A stretch of 63,036 nucleotides of DNA, filler included, from Phoronis australis (Eukaryota; Animalia; Phoronida): assembly GCA_002633005.1 (NCBI GenBank). It is 6 parts of 6 records of this genome, joined end to end, with 100 filler letters (N's around TTAATTAATTAA, not from the genome) between each part and the next. Parts side by side here need not be neighbours in the genome. Positions count along the whole stretch, not along the records: positions 1 to 31,163 come from NMRA01000971.1; positions 31,264 to 34,120 come from NMRA01003372.1; 4 more parts are not named here. One strand, 5' to 3'. A program made the translations under genes and the position numbers. The notes beneath the pieces are model-generated. The model worked only from the letters and a program-made list of their open reading frames with translations, did no database searches and was not told the origin of the DNA. Of this stretch, positions 22,680-34,086 are shown in pieces (position 1 is the stretch's first letter; each line of letters begins with the position of its first letter).

Positions 22680-23290
22680 AGAGGGCGCATTGGTGAACTA
22701 ATCATTTTCAAATTGGTCACGTGTTTGTTGCATTTGATCAGCTTTTATAAAATTTTGTCAGACCGAAAGTCATTTTCAAGATGGTGGCTTTGGCGCATTT
22801 GCAACCGTTTTCAATTGTTCTACAGTCACATTTTTAACGGGAAGAGCAAATGACGTGAATTTTTGCATGTGGATTCCTTAAAGTATGCTCTTTCAAAAGT
22901 TCTGCAATAACGTTTTTCTCAGACTTCCGTTTTCGAGTTATTTGACTTTGAATTTCAAAAACAAAACCGCAAAACTTCAATTTTTTTGAAAAAATTATGG
23001 AATGTTGCGAAACTATCAATTTAGATAGAGTTTGCAACGGGCTTTCAGAAGATGTTTTCCATTGTTTGCAAAGATGTCTACTTTTTGAATTATTTGAGAT
23101 TTTCTGATAGCGCTGATCCTTTGTTGAGCGCTCTTACTGCATTGATGTTGGTTTAGTTTATTTGAAAAAGACTGTAGCTTATTTCTTACTAATTTATGAT
23201 ATCTTAGTTCGTCGTATGAATGTTATGATGTTGTTCATCATCGCCACCTTCATCATCACAATCTTCATTGTCGTTAATTTTGCCTAAATC
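22680..23290 (-). mobile_element. HINE-like family 2, inverted copy
   Basis: Reverse complement of the 50690-51250 core (tttctcagactt.cgttttcgagttatttgactttgaatt, acgggctttcagaagatg). Confidence 0.7.
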
Positions 23291-25596
23291 GCTCAAGACT
23301 GTAGGTAGCACTGAACAGTCAGGCCGCAGCCACGGAGCATTTTCTAGTCCCTAGAATTTATGTTGAGGGCATGTGTCAGGTTTGGCGGGTGGTTTGAGTA
23401 AATTGTTGACAACATGTGCTAGGAAACTTATTTACTTGTGTTTTTGAATGAGAAAAGCCAAGTTTTACCTACTTTTGATGCAAACTGGTGGCTGTCATTT
23501 GCTATCATACCCCTGTCGTCTGCTGTCCGAGAAACCGGGTGCGATTTCAGGTGGCTGTCAGGCAGATCAAATTTGCCAAAAAAGTAGCTGGTAAGAGGCT
23601 TACTATGACCACATAGTTAGAATCTAGTGAGGACGAGCATTTTGAATCTGTAGTCAGACTCTTTCTAGAGCTTGCAGGGAAGTGGTTATTTGGGGGAGAA
23701 AATTGTCGTTTTTTGCAAATAGTTTTGTGTGCCAGGATTTTCTTGCCATGTTTATTAACCAATCAGAAAGTTGTACAGTTCGATAGAGTTTTAATCGGGC
23801 TTTCATTTTATTCTGTCGTCTGCTAAATTTCGCCAAAGGAAAAGTAGGTCACAACGGGTGTGACTCCTGGAGTAAAGTAGGTCATAGATTACAGACAACA
23901 CATGTACCATAGTCTTTGAGTAGGTCGACTTGATAACACTGTTTACGCTTTTCTAATCTTGTAACGAAATATTTTGATTAAAAAACTCAGGTTCATAGCT
24001 CAGGTACACACTCATGTCGATCGTCCTAGGCAAACAGTTAGCTCCGGTAGGTCTAGGGCTGTGTCTTATAATGTCAAATTAATGCTTGAAATTGTCCGTT
24101 TGCACCATGAAGACATTTAAGTTAGGCCTACCTTCTGATGAACTTCGCATTTTTGTAGTTTCATTGCATAAAGGTAGCTTTCATTTAATTTTGAACGTAG
24201 CATGATCACTAAGCTGTGGTATAGTTACAAAAGATTGCAAGTCTGGTGTGGTAGTTGCAAAAATAGGGTATATACAAAAATAACTCAAATTCTTTTTTAA
24301 AGCTTCATAAATCTAAATAATCTTGTTTGAGCAACTTCAAAATGAGCTCTCTCTCTCAAATTCTACAGACATAGTGTGTACTAGAGGTCCACACCAAAAA
24401 GTAATTCAATTGTTTATTTTTTGTGACAACAGCTCGAACAAGGCTTTGAGTTCAGTAATCCAGTGCCCTTCTCTGTGCTGATCGAATCTCTGAATTTCGG
24501 CCAGGAGAGAAGTTCAGTTGAACGCCAGCTTACGGGCCTATGAATAACAAAAATGTACCTCTGATACGTAACAAAATGATGTCCATTAGGCCGAAATCAA
24601 TGAAAAAAGAAATAAAATAAAAATGTCACCATTATAGTGCTGAGATCCAGCAGGTGCCCAGACGGAAGGCAGCCAGACGTAGGAAACTCCGGAGTGAAAA
24701 TAGCTCTGCACTAAGCTGAAAAGTGCATATCTTGGAACAAATTTGTGCTTATTATAGCCTCTGAGTAATCAAACAACATTGCTAAGTTCAGCTCGTGTGG
24801 CCGTACAGCCAAGTTTGATCCACAGTAGTTTACGTCTTTCGACATCACTTTTCGGCTTAGGACATGCCAAAAAATGACGGAATATTATTCTGGAGCAGCA
24901 TAACGGCTTTCGGGATTACACATGCCATGTCAACATCGTTTCAATATTCTTCGCGCACAATTTCTTGAGCTATAGACTAAACTAAGTTTTACTCAACTCT
25001 GTGTGGTTTGTCGGGTAAATTGGCGGTTTGGAAATGCAGACGAAGGCATGTCGAGAATGCTGTTTTCTGATTGGTCTATTAAGCCTTCTGTCATAATCCT
25101 GGCGATAGGTCAATTATCCTCGCTCGTGACTCGATGAATGTAGCAGCTAGGCGGAATCCCTTTTATCGTGAGCTGAGTGCAACACAGCTAAGGTGGATAA
25201 ATATGGTCTACTTCAATCGGCCAAACTCCACAGTTTTCCTTGATCAGTGGTTTTGTGACGTCTTGTCGTTTATTGGGAATATTCATGGCATGCTGACCGG
25301 TATCTGGAGACTTTTATGGGTCGCATGGTCGTAAATATGCGACGACGGCACTGGTAAGGGATTTAAAAATTGTCGCAGCATTGTGCCCACGGCAGTAAGA
25401 GGGTAAATAACCAGGAGTCTGTACACCAATCCAAGGAAAATGGTCCCAACTTTCAACGACTAAATCTTTGCTATACAACGGCGTATTTCATGGTATATTC
25501 TATGGGTGCACAGATATCAGTGAGATAAAAACTTATTTCAAACCCATCATGAGGTCACAACTGTATTCTGCAGAATCATCATAAAACATTCATTAC

Positions 25597-25677
25597 CTGA
25601 TCCTTCACCTGCTTCTTGAGTTTTTCGTTCTCCTGGGTCAACTGATTGACCTTTTCCTCACATTGACTTGTCTGATC
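25597..25677 (-). CDS. Internal exon of an unidentified coiled-coil protein gene
   Basis: ttgcag|81 nt|gtaatg, phase 0-0: DQTSQCEEKVNQLTQENEKLKKQVKDQ, with a heptad pattern. Confidence 0.7.
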
Positions 25678-25808
25678 CTGCAATTGAATTGGATAACTTC
25701 ACAAATAATTGTATGTCATCGTCACTATTGCTAAATATAAAATCTAGGTGTATCTGGTGAACTATGTAGCGTAATGTATTTCATAGTGAACGACATCTTT
25801 GTGCTTAC

Positions 25809-25829
25809 ACTTAGCTGCTCCCTGACTTG
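25809..25829 (-). CDS. Candidate 21-nt microexon of the same gene
   Basis: tacag|QVREQLS|gtaagc, phase 0-0, compatible with both neighbouring exons. Weak pyrimidine tract. Confidence 0.35.
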
Positions 25830-26189
25830 CTGTATTTACGGTGTGTCTCCACAAGCACACAGGTTAACTGACTTAAAATCTACTTTCCTTGCTTTTAAAT
25901 AACGTAGAAAATATATCTGAAACTAAATAAGGCGATCCAGATCCTCCCAAGGATACTATTGTTTCATGAAATGAAGAATATAAATCGGTAAATAAAACAA
26001 CAAGAATGGATCAACTGAAATTTGAAATTTTCGGATGTAACAACTTCCTTTTGCTTTTAAAAACGTTTGAAAGGGGGGTGTAGTCAAAATTATGCTGCTG
26101 TTAATCGGTTCCAACATACAAATAAAACTCACATTTGCACGACTTGTGCGCCAAACATTAAGCCGATTGGTATTCATGGTTTAAACACT

Positions 26190-26375
26190 GAATCCTGAAA
26201 GCAACGCTGATTTGCTGATGTGTCAGTGACGTGAATGGCGGGTTATCGGCTGCTTATCACATTCATTGCTTATGTCAAATTTTGAAGTTTACATCGTAAT
26301 TTATTATTGTATCAATTGTCCTTAGTTTTCATTGTTTGCCACAGTGCTGTAAAAGGTTCGCCATGCCTTTTTGTG
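26190..26375 (+). repeat. Old interspersed repeat (second copy ~37450-37640)
   Basis: Shared blocks ctgatt.gc.gat.tgtcagtg, ctgcttatcaca, tgtttgcca, ccatgcctttttgt. Confidence 0.6.
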
Positions 26376-26780
26376 TCTTCTAAAGGGATGGTCATCGCAT
26401 ACCATCGCCAGGTTACCCAAGCATTTGCCCAAAGCTGTGTACTAAATATAGGCCTACAAGTTTGCGCCGATATGGGTAAAAAATGGACAAATAAAACCTG
26501 ACTCACAATTAATGTCATTAAAACTTAATCTCATCCTTGAGTAAACCTAGGAACCAAATTTACGGGTGTTGGAAAAGTTAGCGACCCTTAATTGGCTGCT
26601 GCTAAAATTGTGATACGTTCTCTTGAGTCGGCTTTTTGTGATTACGTCACCTGACCTTTACCAGTTTCTTTTCCTCGATTCTTTTATCAAGTGTTCTTCG
26701 CTGCCGGCACCTAGGTTGCGTACATGTCACAACAAATTATCGGAAATAGTTTCATTTCATTACAAGTTTTATATTTTACA

Positions 26781-28511
26781 TTATTCCGTCATCTGTGTCA
26801 GGGTGGCGTCTGTGCGGCGTCCATCCATCGTCCGTCCAGCGTCCGTCCGGCGTCCGTCCGGCGTCCGCTGCTCTATCTCCAAAACCGATTGACGTATGTT
26901 CATGAAATTTTGCACATGTGTTTCTTTTATGGATGGGACGACATGAGGGAATTTTTGGATGGATCCGTCTACGGGTGTGCCCCTTGTGACAATTTTAGTT
27001 TTTTACGTTTACCTCTGTATCTTCAAAGGTCCTCAACGTATTTTCATAAAATTTGGTATATAGGCATCTATTAGTGAGACGACAATATCCTCTCATTTTC
27101 GGATGAATTTGACGTAATTTGCGCCACCTAGTGGCCATTTTTACTGTTTTTGAGTCTTTTTTTTGACATCCAGTCAGCCCCGCTATCAACCAAACCGCTC
27201 TAAGCATGATTGTGAAAATTGGCATGCCTTGTGTTCTTACTATAAAGTGGACGGTTGATGATTTTCCGATGATTTCGACCACTGTGGTGCCTCCTAGTTG
27301 CAGTTTTTTTTTGCGCCTATGGCTGTTATCTCCTAAACCGTTTGCAGGATCTTTACTAAATTTAGTAAGTGCATTTATGTGATGTTGGCAATGGACGACG
27401 ATGACTTTCAGACAGTTCTGACGATTTTTGTGCCACCTAGTGGCAATTTTTTTTACTTTTACCTCTGTATCTTCAAAGGTCCTCAACGTAATTTCATAAA
27501 ATTTTGGCGTACATCACTCTGTTAGTGAGGTGACGCTATCTCTACATTTTCAGATGGATTCGACCTAGTTAAATACATCACCTCAGTAGCCATTTTTACT
27601 GTTTACGTGTTTTTTTTTTGGCGTCCACCCCTCTAATCAACCAAACCGCTTTCAGGAAAATTGTGAAAATTGGCATATATGGACGACTGACAATGATTTT
27701 CTGATGTCTTTGATTACTGTGGCGTCTCCTAGTGGCAGTTTCTTTTTTGCGCCCACGGCTATATTTCCTAAACCATTTGCAGGATCTTTACTAAATTTAA
27801 GAAGTGCATTTATATGATGTTGACAGCGGACAACGATTTTAGGATGGATCTGACTACTGGTATGCCCCCTGGTGGTAATTTTAGTTTTACGTTTACCTCT
27901 GCTTCAAAGATCCTCAACAGATTTTCATGATATTTTGAAGCCGAGCATCTATTGTTGAGATGACGCTATCCTCCAGTTTTCAGATGGAATCAATGTATTT
28001 TGCGCCACTTAGTGGCTAGTTTTGCTGTTTTTGAGTCAAATCATTCTAAGGATGGTTTTGAAAATTGGCGTATATGTCCTCAGTGTGAAGAGGACAACCT
28101 TGACTACTGTGGTGCCTCCTAGTGGTAACTTTGTTTTGTTTTGCGCCCATAGCTGTTTCTCCTAAACCCACTGTAGGTTCTGTATTAAATTTTTTAATTT
28201 AAAATTAGTAAATGTATTTATATGAAGCTAATAACAATGAGGACTTTCAGGCGTATCCAATGAACACTGTTTCCCCTAGTGGCAATTTCATTTTATTCTG
28301 TTTTCCTTGGTTTCTCTGAAGTTCCTTGACGAATTTCTATTAAATGTGGTCTTTAGCTTTCTATTAAATATTAAGCAATGACATGTTCCAGATGGATTTA
28401 TGTTTTTGCGCCATCTAGTGGCCATTTTTATGTCACAAATAAGGAACCCTAACAGCACACCATTTGCGATGCATTCGTGGGCGCATTTCAACGCTCCACG
28501 TTGCTCTTGTT
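26781..28511 (+). mobile_element. HINE-like family 1, copy with expanded internal array
   Basis: (cgtc/gtcc)n microsatellite, repeated ~400-480-bp internal blocks, 3' subTIR gtgggcgcat, hairpin caacg-ctcca-cgttg, ctcttgtt end. Confidence 0.8.
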
Positions 28512-29488
28512 AGAATTTTCATACCAGCAAACCTAATTTTAGAACTAACCTTGGTGCTCCCGAAAGACATCTCAAATTTTTAGGAAATGGTGTGTGCGCC
28601 GTCTCACGAGCATGCTGTTTTTGAAAAGGACAATACACTTTGTTACAAAAGGTGGCGAATTATGCTACAAAATAACATTTATTGTTTTCCATTTAAACGG
28701 TTGCAACGAACAAGGTGAGTGTCACACTACCAGATTTTACATGCACCCCCTCCAGTCTGTTAGCTTTACATGTTGATGTAGCCTAACTTTTATGATTATA
28801 CCCTGGTAGTAAACGGCTGTGGGAAAACTGCATCTTCTTGCTGAGTGGATCTGCGCAAGCTTATTTGACGTAGCAGCATGGCTAGAGTTATAGTCTTCAA
28901 AATGCAAAAACAACATTAACCTTCTGAATTGCTACTGACTTGCATCCCCAGGTTATAAATTGTGACTTGTTTTTTGATTGTCATAACATTTTTTGATTGT
29001 CATATAACACAATTTGATCTGTCATAGAGGTCCCAATGCTACGCATTTTTCTGACAGTGAAGTCAACACGATATATAGTCTATTTTGAAGTGGTTTTAAC
29101 TTGTGTCGCTTTCCCTTTACCGAAACTCTGATTTATCACTACACCATCGGAGTTTACCCTTTGCTACTGGTTGGGACATTGGAGTTCCAATAGTTCTAGG
29201 GATTAAGTGCAAGATGGCATAATTGATAGTCACTCTTGATTGTATACCTGTGTTGGATGTGATAACCTGCAGCAATTAGTACCATTGGAGTCTCGGGAGT
29301 TAACCTTCCCCACTGCAGTTTAATTTACTACTTTGAAAGGAGTTGTGATGGCTTTTAAGTCCGGAAGTTATGGGTTCCCATGGATGGAAACTTAGCAAAA
29401 CAGCTGTAATGTGGCATTAATGGGACATTAGCCTACTTTTTGTTGTATATTTGGCCAGATGGTTGACCCAATTTTTTACACTACCTAC

Positions 29489-29532
29489 CGTACTCTCGAC
29501 ACTACCAGTGGTCGGGCTCTGGTCTTCTTTGC
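29489..29532 (-). CDS. Small internal exon, probably upstream exon of the coiled-coil gene
   Basis: tgttttacag|44 nt|gtaggt, phase 1-0: (G)KEDQSPTTGSVEST. Confidence 0.5.
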
Positions 29533-29691
29533 CTGTAAAACACAATTAAGACACTTTCATCAGTAGGGCGAGGGCAGTGAGACAATATAAAAATGTTGAA
29601 AGTATTCAAGTTTATTTTGCTTTGCTTACATCACTCATGTCTTAAATGTTGAATGTTAAAACGTCATAGTAGACTCATGTGGATCTCTTAA

Positions 29692-29775
29692 AGGAGAAGT
29701 CCGCCCGATTTAAATAGTCTATTTTACCAACTTAATTGGTCTATATCCACATCACCTCATATACGGTCGATTTTA
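29692..29775 (+). mobile_element. Kolobok-like left terminus; partner end not found
   Basis: TTAA|AGGAGAAGTCCGCCC. A similar end is present inverted at ~55300-55319 (gggtggcattctcct|ttaa) on another contig. Confidence 0.4.
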
Positions 29776-30681
29776 TGTCCCCGAGAGGTGCCACGTTTAC
29801 CTGTGTGAGGAAGATGAGAAATGACGCAGCGATGTCAGTGGTTTCTCTGCAGAGTGACTACCGCTATGGTGTGGTGTGTCTTTCCCGCCTGTGCAAACAA
29901 TGAAGCTGAGATTAAAGCGGGTATTGTTTTTTCGATTTCTTCAAGAGCCCATAATGCTTCGGAAGTGGCTCGCGGTAGTGAAGAATGAAAAGTACACCAT
30001 TAATGCCTAGTGTGAGGCCGTGAAACTTCTCTGTGTCTATCAGTGGCGTGCAGTCGTCAGATCGGTTGTTGATCAGTTTATGATTATGGAGAATTGTAAT
30101 TAGGCGTGAAAACGTAAACAATTACTATTAATTCAAGGCATGAGAACATAGCGTTTTGTATGTTTGATGACTGACTTGTTCATCGGGCTTCTGTTTGATC
30201 CTCTGGGTGTAAGATGTTTTCGCCACTTCTTTTTCGTAGCCCTAAAAACGTCGTAAGCACACCTCTGTTTAGATGGGGTGCTACATCAGGATGGTCCTCG
30301 AGACATATCTGCGTTCCTCCAAGAAGGTGTTTCACTTGTGGCTGCAAACGCAAGTGTCCAGTCAGTCATTTGCATTATCGTGCAGTTAACTCACTGACAC
30401 CATGACAAGTAATTCAAACGGTTTTCTGAACTATCCATGTTTTCTGTTGTCTGTACACGTTCACGGAGCCTCTTTGTTATTTCTTGATCAGTGTATTCAG
30501 GTTCGAACTGTTAGCCTGTGAAACCTAACAATCCACCTGTGAAGTCATCGATTCGTCGGATGATCAATCGTTTAAGTTGGAATTGCGAGTTGCCACGTTG
30601 ATTTTCATTATTGTTAGTTTGACTGTTTCAAAATGAATCATATTCTCATCCTAACCAATGCATATAAAAACTGAAACAAAG

Positions 30682-30812
30682 TCCGCCTTATTACCGTAAT
30701 CGTTCGGGTTAACGCCCTGGGCGGTTAAATTGGCGAATCCAAAAAATCGGGGGAGGGCGGTTAACCGAACATGGGCGCTTATTACGACAGACAACCGCCC
30801 TGGGCGGTTAAT
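30682..30812 (+). mobile_element. Left arm of a TA|CCGTA-terminated (Tc1/mariner/pogo-type) MITE
   Basis: taccgtaatcgttcgggttaacgccc followed by repeated gggcggttaa subterminal motifs. Confidence 0.5.
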
Positions 30813-31163
30813 CTTACCTGGCAATCTAAATCCCGACACGACAATCATACTCGGAACGCGTAGCCCTTTTCAAAGAGCTTTATCGTCACGTCGCCAAATG
30901 ACTGTGAAAACATCATAACAGCGGATGATCCCAACAAAGTTTCTCTTGCCCTCAGATTAGTCATTTACTATTAAATTTACAAAATTGCTGAGTAATAGTC
31001 CCGTGCCGTCCTGCGGTGCGCAGACGACCAGTGACCTCGCAGCCTCCACTAGAATTAAAACTGTTTCAAGATGTGACCCTGCTTAAGTGCGCGCGTGCAA
31101 GCTTCACGTGTTGCAGAGGTCAGACATCAAATTTATGGTTACAGTCTCGTACTATATGTAGCT

Positions 31164-31263
31164 NNNNNNNNNNNNNNNNNNNNNNNNNNNNNNNNNNNNN
31201 NNNNNNNTTAATTAATTAANNNNNNNNNNNNNNNNNNNNNNNNNNNNNNNNNNNNNNNNNNNN
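31164..31263. other. Artificial 100-nt contig spacer (N44-TTAATTAATTAA-N44); same at 34121-34220, 51329-51428, 53149-53248, 59229-59328
   Basis: Identical layout five times; the 12-mer has stops in all six frames. Confidence 0.97.
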
Positions 31264-32198
31264 GCAGTTGAGGCAATACAAACTTTACCACAATTTTTGA
31301 AAATACACCAAGGAACTCTGAAGACAGAGAGGTAAACGTAAAAATTTGCCATTAGGATGTACAGCAGTAGTCAAAACGATTGTGCCTATATGCAAATTAA
31401 TACATGGATCTCTACAGGAGACATTACCTGAGCTTATATGCCAACTTAATTAGTTGCATGTGCCAACATCCGAACCACTTGGGTAAAAAAGGCTGCGAAA
31501 ACTATTTCGTTTATCGGCCAATGGGCAGGCGCAACAATACAGTACACACGGTTGGACGTGCTTGATTTTGATGTAAATTTTGCTCTGAGAGGACCGCGAA
31601 CAGAATACAAGACAAGGTATGGCCTTCAGTCACTATACATAGCTAGCTAGGTATGAAACACGTAGCCCCTCGGCTGGCTATATACATCGGTTTCTGTACT
31701 AATCTAAACATGCCTATTTTAAATGAGTGATAGCCAAAATACGGCCACCAAATAAGCGGTTTTCATCTCACCAAGAATACATTTTACACTTAAAATTGTC
31801 TCTCAAAAAGTGCTTACTTTCTCCAGCGATCCTTTCTGGTTCATAACCTTGATGAACCATCTCTATGGGAGTAAATATGAATTTGTAAAAGAATTCCAAA
31901 TCCACTTTTTTGTTGTTCTTAAATTTTTCATGTGCTCGATTACCAAAAAGTATTTCAATTGATGTCACGAGAGTTAGGCAACAACAAGCCTGAGATTGAG
32001 TGAAGCGTGTGAAACTTGCAAAAAGTAGCATGGAATAATACTCGGGGAAATTTGCGAGACTTAATTGTGTCCCTTGGACTTTTGTGAAGGTCAGCAGGTG
32101 TGATTTTGCGGAACTTCTGCAAAATGGCACCTGTCGAGTGAACCGTAACAGATTTTTATATACAATAGTCACTTTGATTTGCCATGGTTTCATAATAA

Positions 32199-33051
32199 TG
32201 TAGTAATTGCCGAGATTACAAGACTCAGGGATCGAACCAGCGACTCCCATAAAACCGGCAAGCATCCTAACCATTCAGCTACTAGGCAATTGCCCGTTAG
32301 CGAGTATAGCTAACAGAGGCCCATATGATTCACCAGAGAAGTACATCTACAACATTCCACCCTTTCCTACGGAACAGGCACACTACCAGGAAGGTGAACA
32401 CCACGATGTCTCGCATACAGGTCATCAACGTCCCTTGGTACCTTTACCACCACAACACAGATGAATACAATGTAGTCTCTCATACAGGTCTGTAGTAAAT
32501 GTCGACGTCATGCAGTCTCGGCTGTGGCGTCTCTATGTTGTGATGTCCTTTTCGTGACAATGTTGGTCTTGGCCTGGTGCGACATCTAATGCCAGAAGAG
32601 CCCAGCCGAGGTCATCCTTCGATCACGTGACGAGCCACCCATCAAGACCACGTGACAAGATCGTCTGGGCCTTCTGGAGTTCGCTGCCGTCCTGTACGGA
32701 TGTAATGTGAGTATCCTCCAGACTTTTCTCTTGCACTGTGTTAATAGGCCCGAACCTGTGTGTCCTCTTTGGCCAACTGATTTCCTTTATTACAACAGGT
32801 CCTTGACTAGTGGATCCTGCCATGCGCGCCATCCTGAGGTCCGCGGGTACTAGTTGGCAGTACTTCATCGGTAGATCTGCGCTTGCCGACTACGCCATTT
32901 GTAGTAATAGCCGAGATTACGAGACTCGAGGATCGAACCAGCGACCCCCATAAAACCGGCGAGCATGCTAACCATTCAGCTAATAGGCAATTGCCCGTTA
33001 GCGAGTGGCTACCAGTGGCCCATATGATTCACCGGAAGTACATCTACAACA
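32199..33051 (-). mobile_element. Complete TRIM (non-autonomous LTR element) with tRNA-like sequence in its LTRs (Helenus-like)
   Basis: LTRs 32900-33051 and 32199-32354 (TG...CA). TSD ATAA at 32195-32198 and 33052-33055. PBS TGGCGTAGTCGGCA (32884-32897), complementary to the tRNA-Ser 3' end. PPT AGGAAAGGGTGGAA (32355-32368). A box TAGCTGAATGG and B box GGTTCGATCC in both LTRs. Confidence 0.9.
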
Positions 33052-33112
33052 ATAATAAAATCAATAGGCAGTGACCTGCTATATTTGCTTATTTTACTAA
33101 CCAAGCACTCAC

Positions 33113-33387
33113 CCACTAGATGCCATTAAAAATATCTTAATTGCTCTCAGCTGTTCATTCAGTGCAGTTCCCAACATATACGTTAAACGTAACCAGGCAG
33201 TCAATCGAGTAAGAAACAAACTTGCAGCTTGTGCAAACTCTTCCTCTAGTTCAGGTCCAGTTTTGTTTTGATTCTGTGAGATAAAATCCTCTAAAATTTG
33301 TCTTCTCATGGATTTTGAACCTTTATCCCACTCCTGGAGCAAGTTCATAATTCTGGAAATTTGACTTTGTTGCTTAGCCGAACCCAT
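33113..33387 (-). CDS. ARMH1: Armadillo-like helical domain-containing protein 1 (C1orf228), first coding exon
   Basis: MGSAKQQSQISRIMNLLQEWDKG...NQNKTGPELEEEFAQAASLFLTRLTAWLRLTYM matches the recalled ARMH1 N-terminus (LQEWD, [22 protein letters not shown]). Donor gtgagt at 33112. Confidence 0.88.
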
Positions 33388-33898
33388 TTTCTCCTAGTCA
33401 GGTGAAGTTTGGAATGAAAACAAATTATGGGCGATGAAATCCAACTATCTTTTCCTTCTCTTAACACTACTTTCAGGTCGCAATTACGAGGTAAACGCAG
33501 TATAAAATCACGTTTTGCGGTTTGTTTTCATGTTGCCAACCTCTTGGTCTCCATCTTGAAATATTGAACCGTATATGCCCCCTAAAACCTACACCCATTG
33601 GTCCACTCTTTGTTACTTGGCCAATGAACAATTGCTTTACATTTTTTTTTCCTTTGATCTTCAAACCCCTTATGGCAGGAAATGGATTTGTTAAGTTTTA
33701 ATAAAAATAGTTTCTTACTAAAGAGAAACTAGATAATTTTCACACTTGATCATATTTTTATACAATTATTTTCTCTGATAATATTGGAATTTTTCTGAAA
33801 TATAAATTAAATAACTTTTGTTATTCGCACTCACCTACTACTGAAAGCTCTCCCTAAATTAAATTTCGATCCCTGAAATCTGACGTTAAGCGGTGAAA
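33388..33898. promoter_or_regulatory. Putative bidirectional promoter / 5' UTR region between ARMH1 and TMEM53
   Basis: 511 bp between divergent ATGs. CCAAT/ATTGG boxes at ~33597-33625. An X-box-like gttgccaac at ~33532. Confidence 0.55.
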
Positions 33899-34086
33899 AT
33901 GGCCGAGGACGACTTGGATTATCACGTCTGTTTCCCTTCGCCTGATCCACCATCGGGGGACGAGTTGTATAACGACTTTGCAGCAGTGCAAGACGACACA
34001 AGGAACCCAGTGATTATTCTTCTTGGGTGGACCGGGTGTGACGATAATCAGTTGTGGAAATATAGTTCAATTTATGAAAAGAAAGG
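33899..34086 (+). CDS. TMEM53: Transmembrane protein 53, first coding exon
   Basis: MAEDDLDYHVCFP...[29 protein letters not shown] matches the recalled TMEM53 sequence (LDY.[27 protein letters not shown]). Donor gtcagt at 34087. Confidence 0.9.

Noticed and set aside
25385-25408. piggyBac-like end (ggcagtaagagggtaaa)
   Set aside because: No matching opposite terminus and no intact TTAA found.
31768-32274. 168-aa minus-strand ORF
   Set aside because: Begins inside the TRIM LTR and runs into ARMH1 intron sequence; no resemblance to ARMH1 exon 2 or any domain.
32900-33051. A/B boxes as a genuine tRNA gene or SINE
   Set aside because: No clear cloverleaf or T-run terminator; the sequence is duplicated as LTRs with PBS, PPT and TSD.
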